A stretch of 64,000 bases of DNA from an uncultured Gammaproteobacteria bacterium (lineage in GTDB: Bacteria > Patescibacteriota > Patescibacteriia > CAZSQN01). Under the pieces are notes generated by a model. It worked only from the letters and a program-made list of their open reading frames with translations. It did no database searches and was not told where the DNA came from. Made by a program: the position numbers and the translations under genes. The stretch covers positions 214,117 to 278,116 of the forward strand of contig CAZSQN010000001.1 in assembly GCA_964609095.1 (NCBI GenBank), given 5' to 3'. Shown in pieces: positions 9,193-18,814 of this stretch. The first letter of the stretch is position 1. Each line of letters opens with the position of its first letter.

Positions 9193-12100
9193 ATGAAATC
9201 TAAACTAAAAACAATTTTATTTACTTTACAGGTGTTTATGAAAAATAAACGTCGGCAAATATGCGCGTTCGCAATATTTTCTATTTTAGTTATCGTTGCC
9301 GCTCCAGTTCGGGCGGAACATCTAACAGATAGAAACGTTATCTTTTCAGAATTTAAGGGCCATATTCAATTTCGCGAGCTTCAGCCAGGCCACGGCAGTA
9401 ATTCTTACCCCGTTCCTTCAACTGAAAAAATTACTTTCTGGGATCCCGGTTATATTGACAGGTTCAGACCCGGCACCGTGGTTACCGACTTAAATGACAG
9501 CACGGTCAATCTTAACAATATCCAACTTGCCGAATGCAGCGGTTCCACCCCTTCGCTTGCTGGCGCGGGAAGCTGTGGCGGGCCCAATCTCTGCGTTTTC
9601 GCGAGAGTGATTCGTCCCAATCGAGCTAGTCCTTACATTGAGTGTACGCCACGGCATTTAAGAGCAGAAACTGTATATCGGCTTATGGCGCGAGGAGTGA
9701 CGGGCAACGGAACGGTAGATAACAATGCCGTAACCGGCATGAGTATGTGGGAGCCCGGAAGAGACGGTTCGCCTAATTCTGAAATTTTACAAACATTTTT
9801 CAAGACGCGCGCATGGACTCCGCCCACAGATTACTTATTTGATTTTGGCGACGCGGGAGTTGGTTTCCCTACGCTTCGCTCTGAAAATGGGCCGCGGCAT
9901 GATGTAAGTGGAAGAGTTTGGCTTGGAAATGACGTTGATGCCGAGTCCATGGCTTTGCGGTTCAATCTTGACGATGCGGATGGCGATGACGAAGACGGGA
10001 TGATAAGCGACAGCCCCCTTGTTGTTCGAGTAAGCTCCGGCAATATGACTGGCCCGGCTTACATCAACGCATGGGAAGATTGGAATAATAACGGCCGATG
10101 GGATATTAATGCCGACGGTAGTCCGGGCGATGAATGGATTGTGCGTAATCAACGTGTTGATGTGCGGCCAAATGCTCGGCAAGATGTTGCTTTGCTGCAG
10201 CCGCGCGTTGATGCGAACGGCAATCCCTTGAGAGCGGCGTGGTCTGACCCCTCGTTTCAGCTGCGTTTAACGGTAACAGAAAGACCAATTCCTGATGGTC
10301 GCCCCGCTATTAGCTCGTATCCAAGCGGAGAAACAGAAGATTATTATAATGGTCCTAATGATGGCGGAGGCGGAGGAGGTGGAGGCGGAGGAGGCGAGGA
10401 TGGAGATAGAGGCGGAGGTTTTGATTTTGGCGACGCGCCAGATCCGCGCTTTCCTTCGCTTCTTGCGAGCAACGGCGCCCGGCACCGCGATACTTCGGTT
10501 GTTTGGTTTGGCAATAGAGTCAGCGCCGAAGCAGACGCGCGAGTAATCGATAATGATACTGAAGATGACGGTCTTTTGTCGGCTTCTCCGTTAACCGTTC
10601 GCTTAAATACCGCCCGGAATGTCAGAGCCGGCGCGCGATTTTTCGTTAACATCCTTATTGACCGGAATAATAACGGCGTTTGGGAGCCGAATTTAGGCGA
10701 GTGGGTGGTGCAAAATCATATTTGGCGAGCATCCAGATTCCCATTTATAGAATCATTAATATTTAGACGGAATGTTTTGAAGTTTAATGTCAATTGGAAA
10801 CCCGAGCGTGAAGGGTGGCTTAGAATGACGGTTACCGAAGTTACCAAAGAGGACGGGAAATTAGTAAATTACAACGGTTCCTGGCTGACTGAATTTAGAG
10901 TCGGAGAAACCGAAGATTATAAAACTTTTAAAAAACCACCGGGTAAGCCACCGGGCAAACCGCCAAGCGAACCGCCGGGCAAACCGCCAGACAAGCCATC
11001 TACATCCACCCCTCCACTGACTCCAGTTGATAAAACTGTCAGCGCGGGTCTTAAACCCTCAAGCCCGCTTTATTTCCTGGACAAGCTTTCAGAAAAAGTA
11101 GATTTGGCGTTGACTTTTAATCCGGAAAAAAAGGTTAAAAAGGCGCTTTCTTACGCCCAGGAACGATTGGATGAAGTTGAAGCGTTGATGGTGGAAAATA
11201 AGCTGGAGGAGGCAAAAAAAGCCGGAGCGCTTTACGGTAAAAATATTGATTCGGCCGTTAAAATAATTAAAAAAATAAAAGACATTGCCCGCGCAGAAAG
11301 TTTGGTAACAAGCTTTTTTGATCAAGTAGCGCATTTCAATGAAAATATTGTCCGTTATGAAGATTCTGGACATGGCCCGTTCGTCCTCCCTCCTTGCTAT
11401 CCCGATCCCACTACTCACAGCAAAGAACCGTGCTTTCCTTATAAACCGCCAGAACCGTTTGTTCCGTTATCCGAAGGAGATCCGCGAAGCGAGGCCTCGG
11501 AAATAGATTTTCGCGCTGATAAATCAGAAATCACCTTAGGCGAAACGGTCACATTATTTTGGAAGATTACCGGTGTTGTTGAAGCAAATTATGGCAATCA
11601 AGCTCAAGGGCAGCTAGGCAATCCGCTCAACGGCTGGGAAGTGAGGCAAGGCGCTCGCGAAGAGATGCCGACTCAAATCGGAATCAATACCTATTTTATT
11701 GTCGCTAAAACACCAACTGGAGCCACGCTTGGTAAGGAAACGCAAGTTAAAGTAGTCGCACCGCCGCCTAAAGATACAGTTTCGCCGCCTCCGCCGCCCG
11801 AGCCGCCGGTCACGCCTTCAAAACCATCAGTAAGTTTAAGCTGCGATCCTGATCCTCTGGTTATATCTCATTATGATGAAGGTTTGTTAAAGATTAAGGT
11901 TTCACCCGAATCAGAAAAAATCAGTTCGCTGGACTACGAACGCGGCTTTAAAAATGTCACTGATGATCATACTGTTGTCATTCAGAAGAATAATAAAGAA
12001 ATTAAACTAATTGCGGCAAAACGGCATATTGCGCCGGATCAAAAAATAGAAATCCCGCTGGTCGCCAAATTTGAACGCAAAGAACTTGGAGAAGCAAAAG

Positions 12101-13017
12101 CAACTTGCCGGGTTATTGTAACTCATAAGCAATTAGGAACGCCCGAAAAAGAATCGTCTAAGGATACTGAACCAACCAGCGTAAAGCCAACGATTGATTC
12201 TTTCGCGAGCGACGCGTCTCAGATCGAAAAAGACCAGAAGGTAACTTTGCAATGGAAGACGAATGGCGCGGATAAAGTCACCTTGAACGGCGTTACCGTG
12301 GCCGCGAGCGGTTCCAAAACCGAAAAACCGGATGCTACCACCGCCTATAAACTTGTAGCGACGAATAAATCCGGGTCGGTTTCTAAAGAATTGACCGTTA
12401 AGGTCGTAGTTTCCACCGAGCCGACTACTCAACAGCCAGTGATTGAATCATTTACTTCGAGCGCGACTGCTGTTGAAGAAGGGCAATCTGTTATCCTGCG
12501 GTGGGATGTTGCCGGCGCTGACAGTGTCACTCTAAATGGCGCCACTGTATCGGCGAGCGGTTCCAAAACCGAAAGTCCAAGCACAATTACTACCTACACG
12601 CTTGTCGCCAAAAATAAAGACGGGTCGGTTTCTAAATCATTAACTGTCAATATCTTGATTCCCACTACACCAGCCGAATTTGACGGCTCTTATACTACGA
12701 GCGGCAGAACTCTCAACGGAAGCTTTACTATTACCGGTGAAGTAGATGTAAACGGATTTGAATTATCTTTGGTGGGTTTACCCGCGCCGGTATCTATTGA
12801 TTTGAATCTTAATAACGGAACCGGCTGGCCGGAGGATTGGAGAGCGGAAGTTGTCGGCACGAAAAAAGTTTTTCAAGGAACAACGCGATTAAACCGCAAT
12901 CAACTCCAGAGATTTTCAGTAACTTTTAACGAAACATTGCAAACTAATACCGCCATTGATTTTAATCTACTTTTTAACGGTAACAGAGTAAGATTCGGCC
13001 AATTAGATAAGCAATAA
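9193..13017 (+). CDS. Very large secreted surface protein with two GEVED-like domains, a poly-Gly tract, a PGKPP linker, a DUF5667-like module and two tandem Ig-like repeats
   Basis: Signal peptide; FDFGDA...GETEDYYNG and FDFGDAPDP...GETEDYKTF motifs (the GEVED-domain signature as I recall it); (GGN)12 at 10363-10398; PGKPPGKPPSEPPGKPPDKP; two ~80-aa tandem repeats (PTIDSF...TVKVVV and PVIESF...TVNILI). The C-terminal ~330 aa are shared with the next gene. Confidence 0.6.
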   Translation: MKSKLKTILFTLQVFMKNKRRQICAFAIFSILVIVAAPVRAEHLTDRNVIFSEFKGHIQFRELQPGHGSNSYPVPSTEKITFWDPGYIDRFRPGTVVTDLNDSTVNLNNIQLAECSGSTPSLAGAGSCGGPNLCVFARVIRPNRASPYIECTPRHLRAETVYRLMARGVTGNGTVDNNAVTGMSMWEPGRDGSPNSEILQTFFKTRAWTPPTDYLFDFGDAGVGFPTLRSENGPRHDVSGRVWLGNDVDAESMALRFNLDDADGDDEDGMISDSPLVVRVSSGNMTGPAYINAWEDWNNNGRWDINADGSPGDEWIVRNQRVDVRPNARQDVALLQPRVDANGNPLRAAWSDPSFQLRLTVTERPIPDGRPAISSYPSGETEDYYNGPNDGGGGGGGGGGGEDGDRGGGFDFGDAPDPRFPSLLASNGARHRDTSVVWFGNRVSAEADARVIDNDTEDDGLLSASPLTVRLNTARNVRAGARFFVNILIDRNNNGVWEPNLGEWVVQNHIWRASRFPFIESLIFRRNVLKFNVNWKPEREGWLRMTVTEVTKEDGKLVNYNGSWLTEFRVGETEDYKTFKKPPGKPPGKPPSEPPGKPPDKPSTSTPPLTPVDKTVSAGLKPSSPLYFLDKLSEKVDLALTFNPEKKVKKALSYAQERLDEVEALMVENKLEEAKKAGALYGKNIDSAVKIIKKIKDIARAESLVTSFFDQVAHFNENIVRYEDSGHGPFVLPPCYPDPTTHSKEPCFPYKPPEPFVPLSEGDPRSEASEIDFRADKSEITLGETVTLFWKITGVVEANYGNQAQGQLGNPLNGWEVRQGAREEMPTQIGINTYFIVAKTPTGATLGKETQVKVVAPPPKDTVSPPPPPEPPVTPSKPSVSLSCDPDPLVISHYDEGLLKIKVSPESEKISSLDYERGFKNVTDDHTVVIQKNNKEIKLIAAKRHIAPDQKIEIPLVAKFERKELGEAKATCRVIVTHKQLGTPEKESSKDTEPTSVKPTIDSFASDASQIEKDQKVTLQWKTNGADKVTLNGVTVAASGSKTEKPDATTAYKLVATNKSGSVSKELTVKVVVSTEPTTQQPVIESFTSSATAVEEGQSVILRWDVAGADSVTLNGATVSASGSKTESPSTITTYTLVAKNKDGSVSKSLTVNILIPTTPAEFDGSYTTSGRTLNGSFTITGEVDVNGFELSLVGLPAPVSIDLNLNNGTGWPEDWRAEVVGTKKVFQGTTRLNRNQLQRFSVTFNETLQTNTAIDFNLLFNGNRVRFGQLDKQ

Positions 13018-13024
13018 ACATAAT

Positions 13025-15484
13025 GTGGCAATGTTTAAAATAATCTTCCTTTCGGTGTTTATTTCGGTTCAGGCGCTGGCCGGAGTTTTTGCGCCGGTCG
13101 GAGTAATCATGGCGCAAGAAAAAAACCCGCTGGAAAACGTAAAAGTATTAACCGTGCCGCCTGATGAATTAGAAGGGCCGGCTACGGTAGACCGCCAACT
13201 AGATTCGCAAACTGTAGATACAGAAATAGTGTCGCTGAGCTTGAAGAGCCCCGAGCCAATAAATCCCGGCCTTGTGCCAAGCAGCCCGTTTTATTTTTTA
13301 GACACGCTTTTTGAAAAAATAAATCTCTTTTTTACTTTTAATCTGGAGAAAAAAGCGGTAAAAGCCCTTGCCTACTCTGAAGAACGGCTGTCGGAAGCGC
13401 TGGTGGAGGCGAATAAAGGCAATGCCAAGGAGGCAGAGAAGGCTTTAAGCGGCTATGAGCGGAGTGCCACTCAAGCGGTAGAAAACGCCAAGAAAATATC
13501 AGATCCGGCGCGAGCTTATTCTGTTCTTTCCCAGCTTTCTGATAAGCAGACCGGCCATAGGGAATTTTTGTCGGATATTCAAAGAGGGAATTCGCAAGTG
13601 AAATTTGATGTTATTCAGAATGCGGCTAATGCTGTTAAAATAACCAATCAAGCGGCTAATGAAAAAGTGGATGTCTTGCGGGAAAAAACCGGCGGGCTGG
13701 TTTTTTCGCCACCAGACCCGCGCGGCCCATACAAAGAAGTAGTTGTACCGTCTTCTGAACAAATTAAAGAGTTTATGAAAAAGGACGCTGAAATTATCAG
13801 CGGGCTAATTAACGATTTGAATCTCGTGAAGGGGAAGCTTCGGCTGGCGATACACAGGATGCATCAATATAAAGAGAGATTGAAATGGACTGATGATTGG
13901 AACGATTCCCAGGAAAAGCTTCTTGGTATTTTAGAAAAACAGCTTGAGGAGCATATAAAGATGATTGATGAAATTTCCTCTGTCTTACAAGGCATACTAA
14001 ATGAAAAAAATGAGTTGGCAAAAGCCCCGCTCGATGCTTTTAAAGATACGGATAAAATACTTGACTTGATTGAGCGTGAAAAAAGATGGCTTTCCGCTCT
14101 CCATGACGAACTTGCCCTTAAAGGGCCTTCAGCTCTTATTAACACATTAGAATCGGTTAGCATTTTCTATCCTCGGCTGGAGAAAGACGAATACCAGGCC
14201 CTGATTGGATTGCTTTGGTCAATAATTGAGAAAGTTCAAGAGAAATTGTTTTTAATAGACAGCTCTTTTATCACTAAAATATCTTGGGATCCGCCTTGGG
14301 AGCCACCTCCGCCGCTGGATGAACCGGAAAAAGAAACTGTATTTTCTGGAGATGAAGAGCGGGGAGCGTTTGCTCCCGGTCTTACCGGTTTGGATTGCGA
14401 TCCTAATCCTTTGACTATTAATCATGGCAAAGAGGGTTATATTATAATTAAAAATCGGGCGGGAGCGCCGTTTAGTTTTACCGAACTCTTTCCTTTTAAA
14501 TTTTTCAATTACAACAACGACGATAGATCGGTGGGTATAGGGAAAACGATTGGCGGTGATTGGTATGTCAGGTATAGTTCTAAAAAAGTTCATCCCATTA
14601 AACAGATTGAGAATGAAGAAGCTTGGTTTACGGTTCGGTTTGGAGCTAAGGGCGTTATGGCGTGGTCTTGTCCAGTAAAAATTATTCACGATGGCGCCGT
14701 TAAGCCGCCCCCACCTCCGCCGCCTCAACCCGAGCCGCCCGTCAAACCTTCAGAGCCTTCAGTTAGTATAAGTTGCAACCCGGACCCGCTGGTTATGAAT
14801 CACTATGATGAAGGTCTATTAAAGGTTAAGATTTTGCCCGAATCGGAAAAAGTCAGTTCGCTTGACTATGAGCGCGGTTTCAAAAACAGCACCGATGATT
14901 TTCTTTCCGTAATTCAGCCGAATCGACGGGATATTAAAATAGTGGCGTTTAGACAACATATCGCGTCGGATCAAAAAATAGAGATCCCACTGGTTGCCAA
15001 ATTTGAACGCAAAGATCTTGGAGAAGCAAAAGCAACTTGTCAGGTCGTCATAAAACATGACATCCAAGGATCATCTAAGGTAGAATCGCCCACTAAAACG
15101 TATAAAGATGAAGGAGCTGTCTCGCCAACCAGCGCCGGTATTATCTGCACCTACACCACCAGCGGCAATACATTAAACGGCAGCTTCCAGTTTTCCGAGG
15201 ATATAAAAGTGGACAGCTTTGCCTTGTCTTTGTCTGGCTTGCCGACTCCGGTGGATGCCGGCGTGACTTTAAATGGAAAAGCCGGTTGGCCGGAAGATTG
15301 GGGAGCGGAAATTTTTGGCACGGAAAAAGTTTTTCAGGGAAGCAAAACGTTGCTGGCGCGCAATCTTCAGCAAAGATTTTCCGTAACTTTCAATCAGGCC
15401 TTGGATTATCTTACCGCCCCTATCGGTTTCCGCCTGCTTTTTAACTGGAACACGGTAAAATCATGTCAATTAAATAAGCCATAA
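13025..15484 (+). CDS. Paralogous secreted protein sharing N-terminal (PSSPFYFLD...) and C-terminal (CNPDPLV...KATCQVV; YTTSGNTLNGSF...) modules with the 9193..13017 gene
   Basis: Signal peptide. Module-by-module similarity to the upstream gene is read directly from the translations (about 60-70% identity in the shared blocks). Confidence 0.6.
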   Translation: MAMFKIIFLSVFISVQALAGVFAPVGVIMAQEKNPLENVKVLTVPPDELEGPATVDRQLDSQTVDTEIVSLSLKSPEPINPGLVPSSPFYFLDTLFEKINLFFTFNLEKKAVKALAYSEERLSEALVEANKGNAKEAEKALSGYERSATQAVENAKKISDPARAYSVLSQLSDKQTGHREFLSDIQRGNSQVKFDVIQNAANAVKITNQAANEKVDVLREKTGGLVFSPPDPRGPYKEVVVPSSEQIKEFMKKDAEIISGLINDLNLVKGKLRLAIHRMHQYKERLKWTDDWNDSQEKLLGILEKQLEEHIKMIDEISSVLQGILNEKNELAKAPLDAFKDTDKILDLIEREKRWLSALHDELALKGPSALINTLESVSIFYPRLEKDEYQALIGLLWSIIEKVQEKLFLIDSSFITKISWDPPWEPPPPLDEPEKETVFSGDEERGAFAPGLTGLDCDPNPLTINHGKEGYIIIKNRAGAPFSFTELFPFKFFNYNNDDRSVGIGKTIGGDWYVRYSSKKVHPIKQIENEEAWFTVRFGAKGVMAWSCPVKIIHDGAVKPPPPPPPQPEPPVKPSEPSVSISCNPDPLVMNHYDEGLLKVKILPESEKVSSLDYERGFKNSTDDFLSVIQPNRRDIKIVAFRQHIASDQKIEIPLVAKFERKDLGEAKATCQVVIKHDIQGSSKVESPTKTYKDEGAVSPTSAGIICTYTTSGNTLNGSFQFSEDIKVDSFALSLSGLPTPVDAGVTLNGKAGWPEDWGAEIFGTEKVFQGSKTLLARNLQQRFSVTFNQALDYLTAPIGFRLLFNWNTVKSCQLNKP

Positions 15485-15522
15485 AAGGTCGCAAAATATT
15501 AATCATTAAAAAGTTATAATTT

Positions 15523-15966
15523 ATGAATTTAAATTTTTTGAATCCTCTGGAAACCAAACTGGCAGGATTGCTCGCTAAAGCGCCGCATCTCCCGGAAAAG
15601 TTCCGGCAGGGGCTGGTGAAAGCCGCGCCTTGGCTGTCTGTAGTCGGCCTTCTCTTGGTTCTGCCGCTTCTTTTAGCCACCCTAGGATTATCGGCTTACC
15701 TCTCGCGAGCGTTGCCATTTTATGGGGTTTCGTATTACGCCAGAACAAGTATCCTGACAATGATTCTTGCTATTGCCTTAGCTGTTCTTTATGCCATGGC
15801 CATCCCCGGGCTTTTTGGGCGAAAACGAATCGGCTGGCAATATCTGTTTCTGGGCTCCCTTGTTTCGGCGCTCCAAAACCTTTTATCAGGCGGCATTGTA
15901 GGCGCGCTTGTCGGCTTGGCGATCGGTCTTTATCTGCTTTTTGAAGTGCGGCAATACTACAAATAG
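15523..15966 (+). CDS. Small polytopic membrane protein
   Basis: 147 aa, about 4 hydrophobic helices. Confidence 0.45.
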   Translation: MNLNFLNPLETKLAGLLAKAPHLPEKFRQGLVKAAPWLSVVGLLLVLPLLLATLGLSAYLSRALPFYGVSYYARTSILTMILAIALAVLYAMAIPGLFGRKRIGWQYLFLGSLVSALQNLLSGGIVGALVGLAIGLYLLFEVRQYYK

Positions 15967-15991
15967 TAGAATTTGTTATAATATAAATTAT

Positions 15992-16594
15992 ATGAAACCC
16001 CCTTTAATTATCGGATTAGTAGTCGCGGTAGCCGTGGTTGGGTTTTTAGTGTGGGGATTGGGAGGGAAAAAAGGCGAAGCGCCGCCCGCGCCCACGCCTG
16101 ATTCCTCGGCGCCCGCGACGGAAACAACTATGACAAAAACAACTAACGGTGAAAATCAGAGTTTGGAATTTGTCCTGTCAGCTTCTAAAACACAAATAAA
16201 AGTTGATTCTGTGTCTGGGGTGCCTGGCGAGACAACTTTAACTTTAACTATAAGAAACCCAAACATTCCAACCGGCCGCTTTACACCTCTTGTTACGCGT
16301 AATGTACGATTAAGCGCTACCGGCGGACCGGAGGGCGGCGAACCAGAACTAAACGAAAAAAGTTCTGGCCCCAGCTTCAAAAAATCGGTTTTGAATGCCC
16401 AGAATATGAATACTTCTATAGTGCCGGGAGAGAGTGAGAGCTATGAGGTCATACTGCGAGTTGGTTCTCCGGGCACATATAAGATTACCGCAGAGCATAT
16501 TGGAGGCGAGGCAACGGACCTTAAAGGCAAAACTTACAAAGTCGGCGGAGAAAAATCAAATACGGTAACCGTGACCGCCGTTGAAGTTAAATAA
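15992..16594 (+). CDS. Membrane-anchored small secreted protein (N-terminal anchor module MKPPLIIGLVVAVAVVGFLVWGLGGKKGE)
   Basis: In-frame ATG at 15992 inside the track ORF 15908..16594; N-terminal 30 aa nearly identical to the product of 17143..17715. Confidence 0.5.
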   Translation: MKPPLIIGLVVAVAVVGFLVWGLGGKKGEAPPAPTPDSSAPATETTMTKTTNGENQSLEFVLSASKTQIKVDSVSGVPGETTLTLTIRNPNIPTGRFTPLVTRNVRLSATGGPEGGEPELNEKSSGPSFKKSVLNAQNMNTSIVPGESESYEVILRVGSPGTYKITAEHIGGEATDLKGKTYKVGGEKSNTVTVTAVEVK

Positions 16595-16645
16595 ACAAAA
16601 ACGACAATACCGTGGGACCCATCCTGTTAAACAAGCAATAAATTA

Positions 16646-17146
16646 ATGGCTAAACCAACCACGTACGCAACGCCCATTTGTGCCGTCTTAACGATTCTCG
16701 CTGTCGTAGGCATTCTTTTGGGTTTAAAATTCCAAAACGCAATTATCGCGCTTCTTTTGCTCTTGCCTTCTGTGGGTTACGAAGTTTACCGTACGGAGGG
16801 GAAATCAACTCGCTGGGCATCATGGGCGCTTCTGGCTACATTCATTGCTGAACTGATCTTCTTTATCTTTAATATTAGTCTTGACCTCGCAAAATTTTTC
16901 GGAGATTCCCAAAAATATATAGCCGGATTTTCCGTTCCCCTGGGAGATATTAAAGTAGTCGGCTCGGTGCTAATGATTGTTCTTGGCGTGATTTTGTTCA
17001 CCCGCACGCGCGGTATTTATACTAAATGGCTGGCCGTGATAATTTTTGCGACTTCGTTTGCAATTGTTTATATTTTAGCGCCGAATATGTTTGAACAACT
17101 TTTAAAATTAGGCATAAATCAAGTCTTAAATTACATCAGATTATGA
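16646..17146 (+). CDS. Polytopic membrane protein
   Basis: 166 aa, about 5 TM helices. Confidence 0.45.
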   Translation: MAKPTTYATPICAVLTILAVVGILLGLKFQNAIIALLLLLPSVGYEVYRTEGKSTRWASWALLATFIAELIFFIFNISLDLAKFFGDSQKYIAGFSVPLGDIKVVGSVLMIVLGVILFTRTRGIYTKWLAVIIFATSFAIVYILAPNMFEQLLKLGINQVLNYIRL

Positions 17147-17715
17147 AATTAAAAATTATTATCGGATTAGTAATTGCGGTAGCCGCAGTCGGGCTTTTGG
17201 TTTGGGGTTTAGGCGGAAAGAAAGGATCGGAAACACCGCCGCCATCTGTCGGGTCGCGAACTGCGCCAGCGCCTCGGAGCGGCGAGGTGGTGAATTGCAA
17301 TTCGTTTCTTACCAACAAAGATGCTCAAGCTCTTGGGTATGATAAGGTGGATGTGAAACGTTGCGATAAAAATGGGTATATTGCTACAATTGGCGATGCT
17401 TCAGTACAAGTTTATAAAAATGGAAAAGCGGGATATGAGAACAGTTTGAAAGCCAACCAAAGGTTGTTTACCGAAGAGGTCGCGCGTGGAATTCGTCCAA
17501 AGGGGACCGCAGTTGAAGAAAATAAATACGGAGAGCGCAGTTTCATTACCCATCCCGAATGGGGAGGATATATAATGCAGCTCAATATCGGAGTGCTTAA
17601 AGGACAATTAGTTTTGAGCATTTCCGCTTTTGAGCGGGACACGCTAAAAGGCGATGCGATTGAAGCGTTAGCGAGAAAATTGGCAGAGCTTTTGACACCC
17701 CGTTTGCCCGAATAA
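17143..17715 (+). CDS. Membrane-anchored protein, paralogous N-terminal anchor to 15992..16594
   Basis: MKLKIIIGLVIAVAAVGLLVWGLGGKKGSETPPP versus MKPPLIIGLVVAVAVVGFLVWGLGGKKGEAPPAP. Confidence 0.5.
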   Translation: MKLKIIIGLVIAVAAVGLLVWGLGGKKGSETPPPSVGSRTAPAPRSGEVVNCNSFLTNKDAQALGYDKVDVKRCDKNGYIATIGDASVQVYKNGKAGYENSLKANQRLFTEEVARGIRPKGTAVEENKYGERSFITHPEWGGYIMQLNIGVLKGQLVLSISAFERDTLKGDAIEALARKLAELLTPRLPE

Positions 17716-17789
17716 TTCATAATGTCTAAGGTTAATTGAGAAATTGTGAATTCAATGAAAATTGTTAAATTAGAAATTAGTCATTTCTG

Positions 17790-18488
17790 ATGGGCGTAGT
17801 CAGCTTAAACTTGTTAAGCAGAATTCAGAAGGGAATAGTTGAAGTGTTGTTTCCTGTCTTTTGCGTTTCTTGCGGCGCTGAAGGGGAATGGTGCTGCAGG
17901 CAATGCCAAGAGATGCTTTTTCGCCAGGCGATTTTAGCTTGTCCCGTTTGCGCTAAAAATACGATTGCGGGAGGAACTTGCCCGGCTTGCGGGAAACAGA
18001 GTCCCCTTAAAGGGCTGATAGCCGCTTCTTCCTATGCCGACCCGGTTTCCAGAAAACTAATCAAGGCATTAAAGTTTGACGCCGCTATGGAGGCGGCAAT
18101 TTTTCTAAAAAGAATGTCCACGCACGCCATAGGCGTGGCCGCGGCAGTGGCTAATGAAGCGATTGTTGTTCCGATGCCTCTTCATAAAAAAAGAGAAAGA
18201 TTTCGCGGATATAATCAGGCGGAAATAATCGTTGACGCTTTTTTCCCCGGAGCAAAAGCAAATGTTTTGGAGCGGATTGGATACAGGAAGCCGCAGACGG
18301 AATTGGATGAGGAGGAAAGAAGGATTAATCCGCAAGGAGTTTTTAGAGCGAAAATTAAATTAAACGGCGAAACAATAATTTTGGTTGATGATGTTTATAC
18401 AACCGGCGCGACCATGAACGAAGCCGCGCGCATTTTGAAAGAAGCCGGAGCGGGAGAGATATGGGGGTTTGTCGCGGCAAGAGGATAG
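17790..18488 (+). CDS. comF: ComF-family protein (double zinc-ribbon plus phosphoribosyltransferase domain)
   Basis: CxxC...CxxC pairs at the N-terminus; PRTase motif IILVDDVYTTGATM at the C-terminus. Confidence 0.7.
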   Translation: MGVVSLNLLSRIQKGIVEVLFPVFCVSCGAEGEWCCRQCQEMLFRQAILACPVCAKNTIAGGTCPACGKQSPLKGLIAASSYADPVSRKLIKALKFDAAMEAAIFLKRMSTHAIGVAAAVANEAIVVPMPLHKKRERFRGYNQAEIIVDAFFPGAKANVLERIGYRKPQTELDEEERRINPQGVFRAKIKLNGETIILVDDVYTTGATMNEAARILKEAGAGEIWGFVAARG

Positions 18489-18569
18489 ATTTTTAAATCT
18501 TGAAAATCGCTCAAAGCGGTGGATGCTGATTTATTAGCTTAATTGTATATGGTATTATAAAAGTATTGT

Positions 18570-18812
18570 ATGAGTTTTAAATCAAAACCGATAATTCTCG
18601 TCTCTATTGTTGTTGCGGTTATTATTGCGGTAGCCGGTTTTTGGTATTGGTCAAAGAGTAAGCAAGCTCCGCCTTCAGAAGAAGTTTCTTCACTGGGGAG
18701 CGAAATTTTTGAAAAAACACAAAATCCGCTGGAAGGAAAAGTGCCGGACACTAACCCCTTCAAAAACCAGAAAAATCCTTTGGATGCAATTTATCAAAAT
18801 CCGTTTGAGTAA
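18570..18812 (+). CDS. Small membrane-anchored protein
   Basis: 80 aa, one TM helix. Confidence 0.4.
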   Translation: MSFKSKPIILVSIVVAVIIAVAGFWYWSKSKQAPPSEEVSSLGSEIFEKTQNPLEGKVPDTNPFKNQKNPLDAIYQNPFE

Positions 18813-18814
18813 AT

